Assembly: GCA_034521595.1 (NCBI GenBank)
Contig: JAXHMG010000003.1
Span: 2,816,001-2,880,000 of the forward strand
Length of the DNA stretch: 64,000 nt
Direction: 5' to 3'
Source of the DNA: Gemmatimonadota bacterium
GTDB taxonomy: Bacteria > Gemmatimonadota > Gemmatimonadetes > Longimicrobiales > Gaopeijiaceae
In this document: positions 40,437-50,394 of the stretch, piece after piece
Layout: each line of letters opens with the position of its first letter
Numbering within the stretch: position 1 is the first letter of the stretch
The notes under the pieces: model-generated
Seen by the model: the letters and a program-made list of their open reading frames with translations, nothing else
What the model was told of the DNA's origin: nothing
The model's database searches: none
Translations under genes and position numbers: made by a program

Positions 40437-41194
40437 AAAGCGCGCTCTATTTCGGGCGAGTCCGCCACCGGAGGCACGAACCGGTCGGTCACCACTTCTC
40501 GCAACGCCTCTTCATGGTCTACCTGGACCTCTCGGAGCTCGACGAAGTGTTCCGTGGCCGCTGGCTGTGGTCCACCGGGGCGCCCAGCGTGGCCTGGTTT
40601 CGAAGGGCGGACTACCTCGGCGACTCCGGCCGCCCACTCGACGACACCGTACGGGACACCGTCGAGCGAACGGGCCGCGCACGCCCCGGCGGCCCCATCC
40701 GCATGCTCACGCACCTGCGCTATTTCGGCTACATCCAGAACCCGGTCACGTTCTACTACTGCTTCGAGGCCGACGGCTCCGGCGTCGAGACCGTGGTGGC
40801 CGAAGTGACGAACACGCCGTGGGGCGAGCGGCACGCGTACGTGGTCGACTTCGGAGGGCTGCACGACGCCGACGACGGGGCTCCCGGCAGCTCGTTCCCC
40901 AAGGGGTTCCACGTCTCGCCCTTCATGTCGATGGAGCAGGAGTACCGTTGGCGCTTCTCCACGCCGGGTCCCGACCTCACCGTTCACATGGAGAGCTTCG
41001 AAGAGGACCGGCGAATCTTCGACGCCACGCTGACGCTCGAGCGGCGTGCGATCACGGCCCCCGCGCTGGCTGGAGCCCTCCTGCGGTTCCCGTGGATGAC
41101 GGCGGGCGTGCTCGCCGGCATCTACACCCAGGCCGCCCGCGTTTGGCTCAAGGGCGCGCCGTTTCATGCACACCCGGAGCGAGGTGAGCGATGA
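40433..41194 (+). CDS. DUF1365 family protein
   Basis: GRVRHRR, NPVTFYYCF, AEVTNTPWGERH, KGFHVSPFM. Confidence 0.9.
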   Translation: MKSALYFGRVRHRRHEPVGHHFSQRLFMVYLDLSELDEVFRGRWLWSTGAPSVAWFRRADYLGDSGRPLDDTVRDTVERTGRARPGGPIRMLTHLRYFGYIQNPVTFYYCFEADGSGVETVVAEVTNTPWGERHAYVVDFGGLHDADDGAPGSSFPKGFHVSPFMSMEQEYRWRFSTPGPDLTVHMESFEEDRRIFDATLTLERRAITAPALAGALLRFPWMTAGVLAGIYTQAARVWLKGAPFHAHPERGER

Positions 41195-42450
41195 GCGTGC
41201 TCGAACGGGCGGCGGAACGGCTGGTCCGAAGCCGGCTTTCACGCATCCGGGCCGGGTGCCTGCTCCTGCGCTGGCAGGGAGAGACGCTCGCGTTCGGAGA
41301 CGGCGGCCCGCCGCACGCCGAAATCCAAGTCCACGACTCCGGCGTGTTCACCGCGCTCGCGCTCGGAGGCCACGTCGGTGCCGCCGAGGCGTACGTGGAC
41401 GGGGCGTGGACGAGCGACGACCTCACCGCCGTGGTGCGCCTCTTCCTCCGCAACCGCGAGGTCCTCGACGATCTCGAGCGTGGCGCGGCCCGGCTCGCGC
41501 AACCCCTACGCGCGCTGGCCCACCGCTGGAACCGAAACACCCGGGGAGGGGCGCGCCGGAACATCCGTGCACACTACGACCTCGGCAACGACTTCTTCGC
41601 CGCCTTTCTCGACGAGACGCTCACGTATTCCGCCGGGGTGTTCGACGGGGACCCTCAGCGGTCGATGCGCGACGCGTCCCTGGCCAAGTACGACCGCATT
41701 TGCCGGAAGCTCGGCGTGGGCCCGGAGCACCACGTTCTGGAGATCGGCTCGGGCTGGGGCGGCTTCGCGATCCACGCCGCGGAGCGGTACGGCTGCCGGG
41801 TCACCACGACGACGGTGTCGCGCCGTCAACGCGACCTGGCGGAAGCGAGAGTGCGCGAAGCCGGACTATCGGATCGCGTGACGGTGCTGTGCCGTGATTA
41901 CCGCGATCTGGACGGCTCGTTCGACCGGCTCGTCTCGATCGAGATGATCGAGGCGGTCGGTCACCAGTACTACCGCACCTTCTTCGAGCGCTGCGCCGGG
42001 CTTCTCGCCCCACACGGGTTGGCGCTGCTGCAGGCGATCACGATTCAGGACCGCTACTACGAGGCCGCGCGCCGGGAGGTGGACTTCATCAAGCGCTACA
42101 TCTTTCCCGGAAGCTGCATTCCGTCCGTCTCGGTCCTGACGGCCGCCGCGGCGCCGACGGACCTCCGACTGGTCCACATGGACGACATGACGCCCGACTA
42201 CGCGGAGACCCTGCGCCGGTGGCGGGCTCGCTTCCTCGACCGATGGCAAGACATTCGTGCGCTCGGATTCGATGAATCGTTCAAACGCTTGTGGGACTTT
42301 TACTTCTGCTACTGTGAGGGAGGGTTCGAGGAAGCCGTGCTCGGAAGTGTTCAGATGATGTTCGCGAAGCCGGAGGGCGACCTCACGTCCGTCCGCGGTC
42401 ACGGAGGAGCCGCGGTCGGAGCGGCGGTCCGAGCCGGAGAACGAGCATGA
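41191..42450 (+). CDS. cfa: Cyclopropane-fatty-acyl-phospholipid synthase family methyltransferase
   Basis: NIRAHYDLGNDFF, LEIGSGWG, SIEMIEAVG, FIKRYIFPG, YCEGGF. Confidence 0.9.
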   Translation: MSVLERAAERLVRSRLSRIRAGCLLLRWQGETLAFGDGGPPHAEIQVHDSGVFTALALGGHVGAAEAYVDGAWTSDDLTAVVRLFLRNREVLDDLERGAARLAQPLRALAHRWNRNTRGGARRNIRAHYDLGNDFFAAFLDETLTYSAGVFDGDPQRSMRDASLAKYDRICRKLGVGPEHHVLEIGSGWGGFAIHAAERYGCRVTTTTVSRRQRDLAEARVREAGLSDRVTVLCRDYRDLDGSFDRLVSIEMIEAVGHQYYRTFFERCAGLLAPHGLALLQAITIQDRYYEAARREVDFIKRYIFPGSCIPSVSVLTAAAAPTDLRLVHMDDMTPDYAETLRRWRARFLDRWQDIRALGFDESFKRLWDFYFCYCEGGFEEAVLGSVQMMFAKPEGDLTSVRGHGGAAVGAAVRAGERA

Positions 42451-43463
42451 ACGCCATCGGGATCACCATCGCGGAGCGCGGTCTCCTCCCCCTGCCACTT
42501 CTGCGCCTGGGCATACGCCGGCTTCTCCGCAGTCGGCTTCGAGAAGGCGCGCGCGACTTCAATGTCGACGATTTCCTGCGGATGCTCGAGGACAGCCCGC
42601 TCGCCGTGGCGACGGACCGGGCCAACACCCAGCACTACGAAGTCCCGCCCGAGTTCTTCCAGCATACTCTGGGGCCCCGACTCAAGTACAGCAGTGCGTA
42701 CTGGCCCGAGGGTGTCGACCGCCTGGGCGCGGCCGAGACGGCGATGCTCGACCTGACCTGCACGCGAGCTCGACTCGCCGACGGCCAGGACATCCTCGAG
42801 CTCGGATGCGGGTGGGGATCCTTGACGCTCCACATGGCCCGAGCCTATCCCCGAGCTCGCATCACCGCCGTCTCCAACTCGTGGTCCCAGAAGGAGTTCA
42901 TCGAAGCACGCGCACCCGGGAACGTGCGCGTGATCACCGCCGACATGCGGGATTTCCGCCCCGAGGGCCGCTTCGACCGCATCGTGAGCGTCGAGATGTT
43001 CGAGCACATGCGGAACCTCCCGGAGCTGCTTCGGCGAGTGACCGGCTGGCTACGCCCGGAAGAGGGCCGCCTGTTCGTGCACGTGTTCTGCCACCGCCGG
43101 TTCGCCTACCTCTTCGGTGTGGACGGTGCGGACGACTGGATGGGACGCCACTTCTTCACCGGCGGGATGATGCCATCCGTGGAGCTCCTTCCCCGTGCGG
43201 CCCGGACCCTCGAGCTCGAAAGCTTCTGGCCGGTCGACGGCACGCACTACGCGCGCACCGCGCGAGCGTGGCGCACCCGGCTCGAGGGCAACCGCGAGAC
43301 CATCATGCCGGTGTTGGAAGCGACCTACGGCGCGGACGCATCCACCTGGTACCACCGCTGGCGCCTGTTCTTCCTGGCGTGCGAGGAGCTCTTCGGATAC
43401 GCGGACGGACGGGAGTGGCTGGTCGGACACTACCGCTTCCGCGCTCCTGCGGGCTCAGGATAG
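42447..43463 (+). CDS. Second CFA-like SAM methyltransferase
   Basis: ANTQHYEVP, ELGCGWGS, EMFEHMRN, FFTGGMMPS. Confidence 0.88.
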   Translation: MNAIGITIAERGLLPLPLLRLGIRRLLRSRLREGARDFNVDDFLRMLEDSPLAVATDRANTQHYEVPPEFFQHTLGPRLKYSSAYWPEGVDRLGAAETAMLDLTCTRARLADGQDILELGCGWGSLTLHMARAYPRARITAVSNSWSQKEFIEARAPGNVRVITADMRDFRPEGRFDRIVSVEMFEHMRNLPELLRRVTGWLRPEEGRLFVHVFCHRRFAYLFGVDGADDWMGRHFFTGGMMPSVELLPRAARTLELESFWPVDGTHYARTARAWRTRLEGNRETIMPVLEATYGADASTWYHRWRLFFLACEELFGYADGREWLVGHYRFRAPAGSG

Positions 43464-44075
43464 AACCAACGCCGCGCCCCAGAGAACGAGGCCCACACCC
43501 AGAGGCCGAGAGAGACGTGTGCCCCACGGCCCGAGGGTCTCGAGCAGCATGACCGCCATCAGCAGGGCCATCATGCGGAGATCCATCATGCCGAGGACGA
43601 GGGCGAGCGCCATGATGGCCCAGCAACACCCGAGACAGAACAGCCCGTGCCGAAGGCCCATCGCCAGCGCACCGGAGACCCCCGGACGCCAGTTTGCGGC
43701 GAAGTAGCCGAACGGACTCCTGCAGTGGGAGAGGCAGGCTTCCTTGAGCCGCGTGAACTGGAACCCGCCCGCCGCGAGCAGCGCCATGCCGGCGAGGGTC
43801 GGAGCGCTGACCCGGAGGGGAGCGGCCCAACCGACGTCGAGAAGCGATTGCTGCAGGGCGGCCATGACCGTGCTGAACACGCCCCACGCGACCGCGTACC
43901 CCGTGGCGAAGGCCGGCACGGTCCCGACGCCGGCCCGCTCCGGCTGAATCCGCGACAAGGCGCGGAGCCACGGCCATACGACGGGCGTCATCATGACCGC
44001 GGTCATTCCCGCCCACATCGCCAAGACGAACCAAAATCCTGATTCGGCCACGGCGGGGCGACTCAGGGCGCCCAC
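43455..44075 (-). CDS. DUF2182 membrane metal-binding protein
   Basis: AMWAGMTAVMMTP, FQFTRLKEACLSHCRSP, GLFCLGCCW. Confidence 0.85.
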   Translation of the reverse strand: MGALSRPAVAESGFWFVLAMWAGMTAVMMTPVVWPWLRALSRIQPERAGVGTVPAFATGYAVAWGVFSTVMAALQQSLLDVGWAAPLRVSAPTLAGMALLAAGGFQFTRLKEACLSHCRSPFGYFAANWRPGVSGALAMGLRHGLFCLGCCWAIMALALVLGMMDLRMMALLMAVMLLETLGPWGTRLSRPLGVGLVLWGAALVLS

Positions 44076-44713
44076 GCGAAGTGGGACCAGAGGCCATGCG
44101 TCCCTTCGGTGTCGATCACGATCGTCCCGTCGTCGTACCGGGTCTCACCGCGGGCGATCACCTGGTGAGGCGCATGGATCTGATTGTAGATGTTTTCGAA
44201 CGTGACCGGCTTTGCGCGGTCGCGGCCGCGCAGGGCCGAGACGACACCTTCGAGCAGCCCCTGAACGCGCACGGCCATGGAACCCTCGTCCTCCTCCTCG
44301 ATGCGGATCGGCACGACCCGGGTGGGGAGGCGCTCCTCGACGAAACGGCCGAGGACTTCCCAAGGCCCTCCGAGCGAGCCCGTCAACAGCTTCTCCACCG
44401 CGGCCCGCTGTGCCTCGCTCGCGCCTTCCGAGACGAGGATCACCTCGCGCCATCCGCCGTCGATCATCACCTGCGGGCTTTCGTACACCACCACGGCGTC
44501 CACTCCGTCGACGACGACCCCGTCCACCACGCCCTCCCGGAAGCGCATGGCCCAGAAGCCGTGGCAGACGTCGTGGGTGCAGGGTTGGCTGAAGTGCACG
44601 TGACCCGGACACACCGCCGTGCAGTTGCAGTTCTCGAACAACAGGCCCTTGGCCCACCAGTCGTTCGGGGGCCCCTGCTCGGCGCCCCGCGCGTCTCCGG
44701 AGCCGTCAGGCAT
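44063..44713 (-). CDS. DUF1326 protein
   Basis: W..KGLLFENCNCTAVCP...C, SEAQRAAVE; paired with DUF2182. Confidence 0.82.
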   Translation of the reverse strand: MPDGSGDARGAEQGPPNDWWAKGLLFENCNCTAVCPGHVHFSQPCTHDVCHGFWAMRFREGVVDGVVVDGVDAVVVYESPQVMIDGGWREVILVSEGASEAQRAAVEKLLTGSLGGPWEVLGRFVEERLPTRVVPIRIEEEDEGSMAVRVQGLLEGVVSALRGRDRAKPVTFENIYNQIHAPHQVIARGETRYDDGTIVIDTEGTHGLWSHFAWAP

Positions 44714-45173
44714 CGGACCCGGCCTCCCCGTCGGCCTTCCGCAGGGCGAGCGCGTTGATGCAGTACCTCACGCCGGTGGGTGCCGGGCCGTCGGGAAACA
44801 CGTGCCCGAGATGGGCGTCACAGACGTTGCACACCGCTTCGATGCGCTCCATGCCGTGGGAGCGATCGCTCCGGTGGGCGACGACGCCGGGCGCGACCGG
44901 CCGTGTGAAGGAGGGCCAGCCGGTTCCCGATTCGAACTTCTCACCCGCGTCGAAGAGCAGGGTGCCGCAGCAGACGCAGGCGTAGCGCCCCGGCTCGAAA
45001 CGGCTGCACATCTCGGAGCTGAACGGACGCTCGGTCCCCTGCCGGCGGGTGATCCGGAACTGCTCCGGGGTCAGCAGGGACCGCCATTCCTCGGGGGCAC
45101 GCTCCACGCGGGAAGGAGGCTCGGGATCCCCTTCCTCGACCAGACGCAAGACATCCTTCCAACTCTCGATCAC
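44706..45173 (-). CDS. msrB: Peptide-methionine (R)-S-oxide reductase
   Basis: GTERPF, SGTGWPSF, HLGHVFPDGP, RYCIN. Confidence 0.95.
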   Translation of the reverse strand: MIESWKDVLRLVEEGDPEPPSRVERAPEEWRSLLTPEQFRITRRQGTERPFSSEMCSRFEPGRYACVCCGTLLFDAGEKFESGTGWPSFTRPVAPGVVAHRSDRSHGMERIEAVCNVCDAHLGHVFPDGPAPTGVRYCINALALRKADGEAGSDA

Positions 45174-45307
45174 GTTGCTCCTCCCGGTGCGGTGTCTCCG
45201 AAGGCCCGCGGCGCTCGGACGCGGCGTCTATCCCCGCGTGGCGGCTCGGGTTCCGGACGCGTCCCGCCGCATGCCGCACGCGGTGTTGCTCGCCACGCCC
45301 GCCAATT

Positions 45308-45330
45308 ATAGAATGATGCATTCATTCTAT
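45308..45330. promoter_or_regulatory. Palindromic operator ATAGAATGA-N5-TCATTCTAT
   Basis: Perfect 9-bp inverted repeat 13 nt upstream of the TetR start, between the divergent msrB and tetR genes. Confidence 0.75.
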
Positions 45331-45343
45331 TTACGGAGGCCAC

Positions 45344-46132
45344 ATGGCCGACGCGACCCACGTCAATCCGCCGCAGCAGGCGCGATCCCGCCGCACGTTG
45401 GAACGCATCGTCAAGGCGGCGCTCGCGATCCTCGAAGAAGAAGGCACCGAAGGGCTCACGGTGCAGGCGGTGGTTGCGCGCGCCGGATCGTCGGTGGGTT
45501 CCTTCTATGCACGCTTCGGGGGCAAGGACGACCTTCTCGACTACCTCGAGGAGCGCGTGTGGGACGAGGCCCGGGAGCGATGGCAGGAGGCTCTGGAGAA
45601 CCGCTCGTGGGAGGGGCTGGACCTTCCGGAGCTCGCTACCGGCGCGGTGAAGCTCCTGGCGGACGCCCACCGTTCACGCGCCACCTACCTGCGCGCGCTC
45701 GACCGCATGGGCGCGGGCGAGCGTGGCGGCTACGCGTCGTTCCGGCGGCACGTCCTGACCGGCTTGACCGAGCTGCTCCTGGAACGCCGGAAGGAGATCA
45801 CGCACCCCGATCCGGAGCTGGCCGTGCGGCTGGCTCTCGCGGCGCTCAGCGGCGCCGTCGAATCCGGAGACCCGGCCACGGGGGAGCCGTTCGATCGGGA
45901 CGCGCTCGGCCGTGAGGGTCGGTGGCTGCTGCTCGCCTATCTCACGGAGCACGGCGCGGAGCCCGGAGAGCGGGTCGACGGGGCCCGTCCCGGCGCATCC
46001 GCCGCGGAGGACGCGGACGGCGCGACCGGCCGGGCCCCGGACGGAGACGGCACGGAGACCACCGACCCCGCCCGGGACGACGAAGACGAAGAAGAAGACG
46101 AAGACGTGGACTTCTTCGACGTCTGGGGCTGA
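45344..46132 (+). CDS. TetR-family regulator with acidic tail
   Basis: QARSRRTLERI...TVQAVVARAGSSVGSFYARF..KDDL. Confidence 0.9.
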   Translation: MADATHVNPPQQARSRRTLERIVKAALAILEEEGTEGLTVQAVVARAGSSVGSFYARFGGKDDLLDYLEERVWDEARERWQEALENRSWEGLDLPELATGAVKLLADAHRSRATYLRALDRMGAGERGGYASFRRHVLTGLTELLLERRKEITHPDPELAVRLALAALSGAVESGDPATGEPFDRDALGREGRWLLLAYLTEHGAEPGERVDGARPGASAAEDADGATGRAPDGDGTETTDPARDDEDEEEDEDVDFFDVWG

Positions 46133-46198
46133 AGTTCCCCGGCCTTTATCGGCCACGAGCCGCACCATGCGGCCTTCGACGGCATCCGGCTCCCGCTT

Positions 46199-48709
46199 CT
46201 ACCGGCGGCCCCAGGGGCACGACAGGTCCGTCCAGCTCATGCCACCGTCCCCGATGGGGCTTCCCGGAGGCATGTCCGGAGCGGACGGCGTCTCCACCGG
46301 CTCGTAGGGCCGCTCCAGGAACCGGGAGATGTCGGCCGCCAGCGTGAGGTTGTGAGCACGGTCCGCCGGATTGGCATTCACCGATGCCTCGGCGACCTCC
46401 ACGGCGATCTCCTCGAGCTGATACGACGTGATCGCGCGCACCTGTGCCATCGGTGCTTCGGCAGCCAGCGAGATGAGCCGCTCCACGAAAGCCCGTTCGA
46501 CCGCCCGGACGATCTCGGCCTCGTAGTTGTCCACCGGCCGCGCGCCGAACGTCGCCTCCCGCACGCGCGCGATCACCTGCTCGAGCCCGGGTAGCGTGGT
46601 GTCGAACGCCCGCTGTTGGATCATGCGCGCGGCCCGCTCCGGGTGGAAGAGGAAGCGCAACGTCGCTTCGGCCGCCGCCCGGGCCGGCGCGATGGCGTCG
46701 AAGACCACGCCTGTATGGCGCTCGAACAGCTCACGGTGGGGGCCGTAGCGCGCGGGTCGCGGGGGAAGCGTCTCGAGGACCGATTCAGGGATGGTGAGCT
46801 CCGCGGGATCGAGCGTGCGCATCAGGACGTTCAACGCGCGCTGCTGCTCCGGGGCCGGAACCGGTCGCAGGGGCGTCTGGCCGTCTCCCCGCATCGCGTA
46901 GGTATAGTACTGCCCGGCCACGACCTTCGTCGTCGCCTCCGCCTGGTACCGGTGGTGCAGGAAGAGGGGCACGAGCGCCTCCTCGATGGTCGCGAGCGGC
47001 TCGCCCGTCCGGACGGCCGTCTCGCCGAACGCGTCGAGGGCCGTACGGCGCACGTCCAGCATGCGCTCGAGCTCCCCCGCCGCCGTCGCGCCGTTGTCCC
47101 AGAGGTGGACGTTGGGATGCGCGCTCCCCGCGGGCCGTGCGTCCTGGTCCGTGATGAAGGTGATGCCCTCCTCCATGCCCTCCGCCAGGATGTCCTCGAG
47201 CGCCTGGGCTTCGTCGGTCCCGGGCGGAAAGTCGGTGTACCCGTACCGGACGGCGATCTTGTCCCAGGCCCCGATCCCGTCGGCATAGGAATCGCGGCCG
47301 AGCGTGACCTCCCCGTCTTCGAGCCGCACCCGTGGGTGGGGATAGTCCATGACGGACTGGATTCCGTCGTCGGTCTGGGCGCTCGCGATGTAGTTGTGGC
47401 TGAGACCGATCGTGTGTCCGATCTCGTGGGCGGAGAGCTGGCGAATCCTCTGCAACGCCATCTCGCGCACATCGGTCGGATCCTCGTCTCCGGTCAGGTA
47501 CGGGGCGGTCAGGCCCTCACCGATGAGGTAGTCCTGACGCACCCGCAGCGAGCCCAGGGTCACGTGTCCCTTGAGGATCTCTCCGGTGCGCGGGTCCTGG
47601 ACCGAGCTTCCGTAGCTCCATCCTCGCGTCGACCGGTGCACCCACTGGACCACGTTGTAGCGCACGTCCATCGGGTCGGCCGTGTCGGGCAGGATCTCCA
47701 TGCGGAACGCGTCGATGAACCCGGCCTCTTCGAAGGCCTCGTTCCACCATGCACCGCCCTCCAGCAGCGCGCTCCGGACGGGCTCGGGCGTGCCCGGGTC
47801 GAGGTAATAGACGATCGGCTCGACCGGCTCCGAGCGCTCGGCCGAAGGGTCCTGCTTCTCCAAGCGGTGGCGCGCGATATACCGGACCGTCAGGTCCTCC
47901 TCGATGGGCCGCGCGAAGTCCATGAAGCTCGGCCCTCCATAGCCCGCGCGAGGATCCGCCCGGCGGGGCTCGAACGAGCCGTCGAGGGCCGGGAGCTCGA
48001 CGAACGAATGGTGCTGGCGGACGGTGACGGCGTTTCCGGTCGGCGTGACGCTGCGCACCAGACCGCCCGGATCGTCCGAAGTGAACGTGAGCGTCACCTC
48101 GATCTCGGTGTTGCTCGGGAAGCCCTTGGTACGCGGCATGAAGGGCGCGCTGCGCGACGGCTCGAGGCTCCACGAGCCCTGGCTCCGTTCGAGCGTCGTC
48201 TCCACGCCGGCCCAATCCGTCAGGAGGAAATCGGTGGCGTCGACCAGCACCCGATCCTCCGTCTCGGCGGCGGCCGTGAAGCCCCAGAGGATCGACGTGG
48301 GAAAGCCGTCCTCCACCGAGCGCCGCTCCAGCGCGTCGTCGGAGTTCGCCCGGTAGTCGTAGTTCGGCTGCTCCATGAGCACCTTGGGCCCCACGCGTCG
48401 GAACACGACCACCTGCCGGCTCCCCAGATCGCCCCGATTCAGCCCGATGTCGTTCTGACCCATGCCCGCCGGCAGCGACGTGTAGTGGAGCAGCTCCTCG
48501 TCCCACCGCCCGATCTCGAGCCAGAGGGTCCCCGCCTCCTCGTCCCAGTAGAGGGGGATGAAGCCCTCGATGCGCGTCATGGCCTCGGTCTTCTCTTCGA
48601 TGGAAGGAAGGTCCGTGTCTTCCTGAGCGAGCAGGGGCCCGGGGGCGGGCGCGATCACCGCGGCTGCAAGGGCCATCATCCACATGCCACTCATCAAGCG
48701 CTGAACCAT
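46199..48709 (-). CDS. Secreted zinc-dependent metalloprotease (DUF5117/DUF4953-type)
   Basis: Signal peptide, HEIGHTIGLSHN, SVMDYP Met-turn. Confidence 0.9.
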   Translation of the reverse strand: MVQRLMSGMWMMALAAAVIAPAPGPLLAQEDTDLPSIEEKTEAMTRIEGFIPLYWDEEAGTLWLEIGRWDEELLHYTSLPAGMGQNDIGLNRGDLGSRQVVVFRRVGPKVLMEQPNYDYRANSDDALERRSVEDGFPTSILWGFTAAAETEDRVLVDATDFLLTDWAGVETTLERSQGSWSLEPSRSAPFMPRTKGFPSNTEIEVTLTFTSDDPGGLVRSVTPTGNAVTVRQHHSFVELPALDGSFEPRRADPRAGYGGPSFMDFARPIEEDLTVRYIARHRLEKQDPSAERSEPVEPIVYYLDPGTPEPVRSALLEGGAWWNEAFEEAGFIDAFRMEILPDTADPMDVRYNVVQWVHRSTRGWSYGSSVQDPRTGEILKGHVTLGSLRVRQDYLIGEGLTAPYLTGDEDPTDVREMALQRIRQLSAHEIGHTIGLSHNYIASAQTDDGIQSVMDYPHPRVRLEDGEVTLGRDSYADGIGAWDKIAVRYGYTDFPPGTDEAQALEDILAEGMEEGITFITDQDARPAGSAHPNVHLWDNGATAAGELERMLDVRRTALDAFGETAVRTGEPLATIEEALVPLFLHHRYQAEATTKVVAGQYYTYAMRGDGQTPLRPVPAPEQQRALNVLMRTLDPAELTIPESVLETLPPRPARYGPHRELFERHTGVVFDAIAPARAAAEATLRFLFHPERAARMIQQRAFDTTLPGLEQVIARVREATFGARPVDNYEAEIVRAVERAFVERLISLAAEAPMAQVRAITSYQLEEIAVEVAEASVNANPADRAHNLTLAADISRFLERPYEPVETPSAPDMPPGSPIGDGGMSWTDLSCPWGRR

Positions 48710-48868
48710 CGTACTCTCCTCACCGTGAACCGGGACCGGGCCTCGTGCCGGAGCGCCGCTCCGGCCGAACTCGAATCTGCCCGGCGGACTCCGGCCGCGC
48801 CAGCCGGGGCCCGTGCACGGACGTGCGCCCTCGCCCGGAAGGAGCAGCTCGCCGCGAGCCGGCGCGGC

Positions 48869-49657
48869 TCAGTCCCCCGAGGTCGTGGCCTCGCGGTGCA
48901 CGGTGCGGAGAACCCGCCTGAAGGTCTCGAGCGGCAACGCTCCCTGGAGCGGACCGTGCCCGACGACGATGAAGGTCGGCGTCCCGCGCACCCCGAGCTG
49001 GCGAGCCAGCTGTTCGGCCGCGGCGATCCGCTCGAAGCGCCGGCCGCTCTCGATGCAGTCGTCGAACGCGTCGGCGTCGGCTCCGGCGCTCACGGCCCAC
49101 GTGCGCACCACACCGGCGGGGTCGTCACTGCCCTTCCACTCCGGCTGCTCCCGCCAGAGGCGCTCGTCGAGATCCTCGAAGACCTGCGGGGACTGCTCCA
49201 GCGTGCACTCGGCGCCACGCAGGGCCGCGAGCGAATTGTCGAACATGCCGGTCACGTACGGGACGAACTTCCACTCCACCATCCCGCTCTCGATGAACTC
49301 CTCCCTCAGGGCAGGGAACGTCTCGCGATGGAACCGGCGGCAGTAGCCGCATCCGTAGTCGGACATCTCGATGACGCGCACCGGCGCTTCCGAGCTTCCC
49401 CGGTCGAACCCCAGCTCGGCCAGGGGCACCTCGCGCAACGGGCCGGCACTGCCGTCCGCACCGGAACGCGACCCGGAGCCCGCTTCGGCCCCGGCCCCCG
49501 AGAGGAGGCCCCGGTTCAGCTCCGCCCCCCCGGAGTCCGGCTGCGGCTCGGACCCACACGCGGCGAGGGAAAGCGCCGCCGCGAGCACGACCACCGTCCG
49601 GAACCGGACGGGGGCGGGGAACACGGTGCGGCGGTCGAATGCGGTTCGGTGCGTCAT
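48869..49657 (-). CDS. DsbA/thioredoxin-fold lipoprotein
   Basis: LAAC lipobox, SDYGCGYC, GVRGTPTF. Confidence 0.88.
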   Translation of the reverse strand: MTHRTAFDRRTVFPAPVRFRTVVVLAAALSLAACGSEPQPDSGGAELNRGLLSGAGAEAGSGSRSGADGSAGPLREVPLAELGFDRGSSEAPVRVIEMSDYGCGYCRRFHRETFPALREEFIESGMVEWKFVPYVTGMFDNSLAALRGAECTLEQSPQVFEDLDERLWREQPEWKGSDDPAGVVRTWAVSAGADADAFDDCIESGRRFERIAAAEQLARQLGVRGTPTFIVVGHGPLQGALPLETFRRVLRTVHREATTSGD

Positions 49658-50391
49658 GGCATGTCCAGGTCGATGAGTTGGCCCATTCCCGCGAGTCCGG
49701 CCGTGATCTCGGCGAAACGCCCGGAAACCATCAGCCCGCCCACGAGCACGAGGATCGCGCCCGCCGCGCGTTGCAGCGGCACCATCCAGCGGCGGGCACG
49801 CGCCGCGCCGACGAGGAAGATGTTGAGGGCGGAAGATGCGAGAACGAACGGAATACCCAGGCCGGCCGCATAGGCTCCGAGAAGCCCCAAGCCCTCGAGC
49901 ATCGTCGATTCCAGACTCGTATACAGCAAGATGGAGGCGAGGATGGGACCGATGCAGGGCGTCCAGCCCGCCGCGAACGCCATCCCCACCAGCACCGATC
50001 CCACGGGACCCGCGGCCTTCCGGGACGAATCGGGGCGAAGCTCCCGTCCCAGCCACCGCGTCGGCAACCAGCCCAGGAGGTAGAGCCCGAGCAGGATGAC
50101 CACCACGCCCCCGACGCGGGCGAGCCACGGCAAGGCGCGCGCGATCGGCGTGCCCACGGCGGTGGCCACGAGGCCCAGCGTCATGAAGATCGCGGAGAAG
50201 CCGACGACGAACAGGATCGAGTGCAGCACGGCGGCTCGCCGAGCTCCGGGCAGCGCTCCCTCCCGGAGCTCCTCCAACGTCATCCCGGAGACGAACGCCA
50301 CGTAGCTGGGCACCACGGGGAGCACGCACGGCGAGAGGAAGGAGACCAGGCCCGCCGCGAAGGCGAGCGGAAACGAGATCTGAACGTCCAT
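49654..50391 (-). CDS. ccdA: Cytochrome c biogenesis protein CcdA
   Basis: SFLSPCVLP and GWTPCIGP; multi-TM. Confidence 0.92.
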   Translation of the reverse strand: MDVQISFPLAFAAGLVSFLSPCVLPVVPSYVAFVSGMTLEELREGALPGARRAAVLHSILFVVGFSAIFMTLGLVATAVGTPIARALPWLARVGGVVVILLGLYLLGWLPTRWLGRELRPDSSRKAAGPVGSVLVGMAFAAGWTPCIGPILASILLYTSLESTMLEGLGLLGAYAAGLGIPFVLASSALNIFLVGAARARRWMVPLQRAAGAILVLVGGLMVSGRFAEITAGLAGMGQLIDLDMP

Positions 50392-50394
50392 CCG

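Noticed and set aside
46616-49873. 1085-aa plus-strand ORF
   Set aside because: Antisense to the well-supported metalloprotease, dsbA and ccdA genes, with no recognisable motifs.
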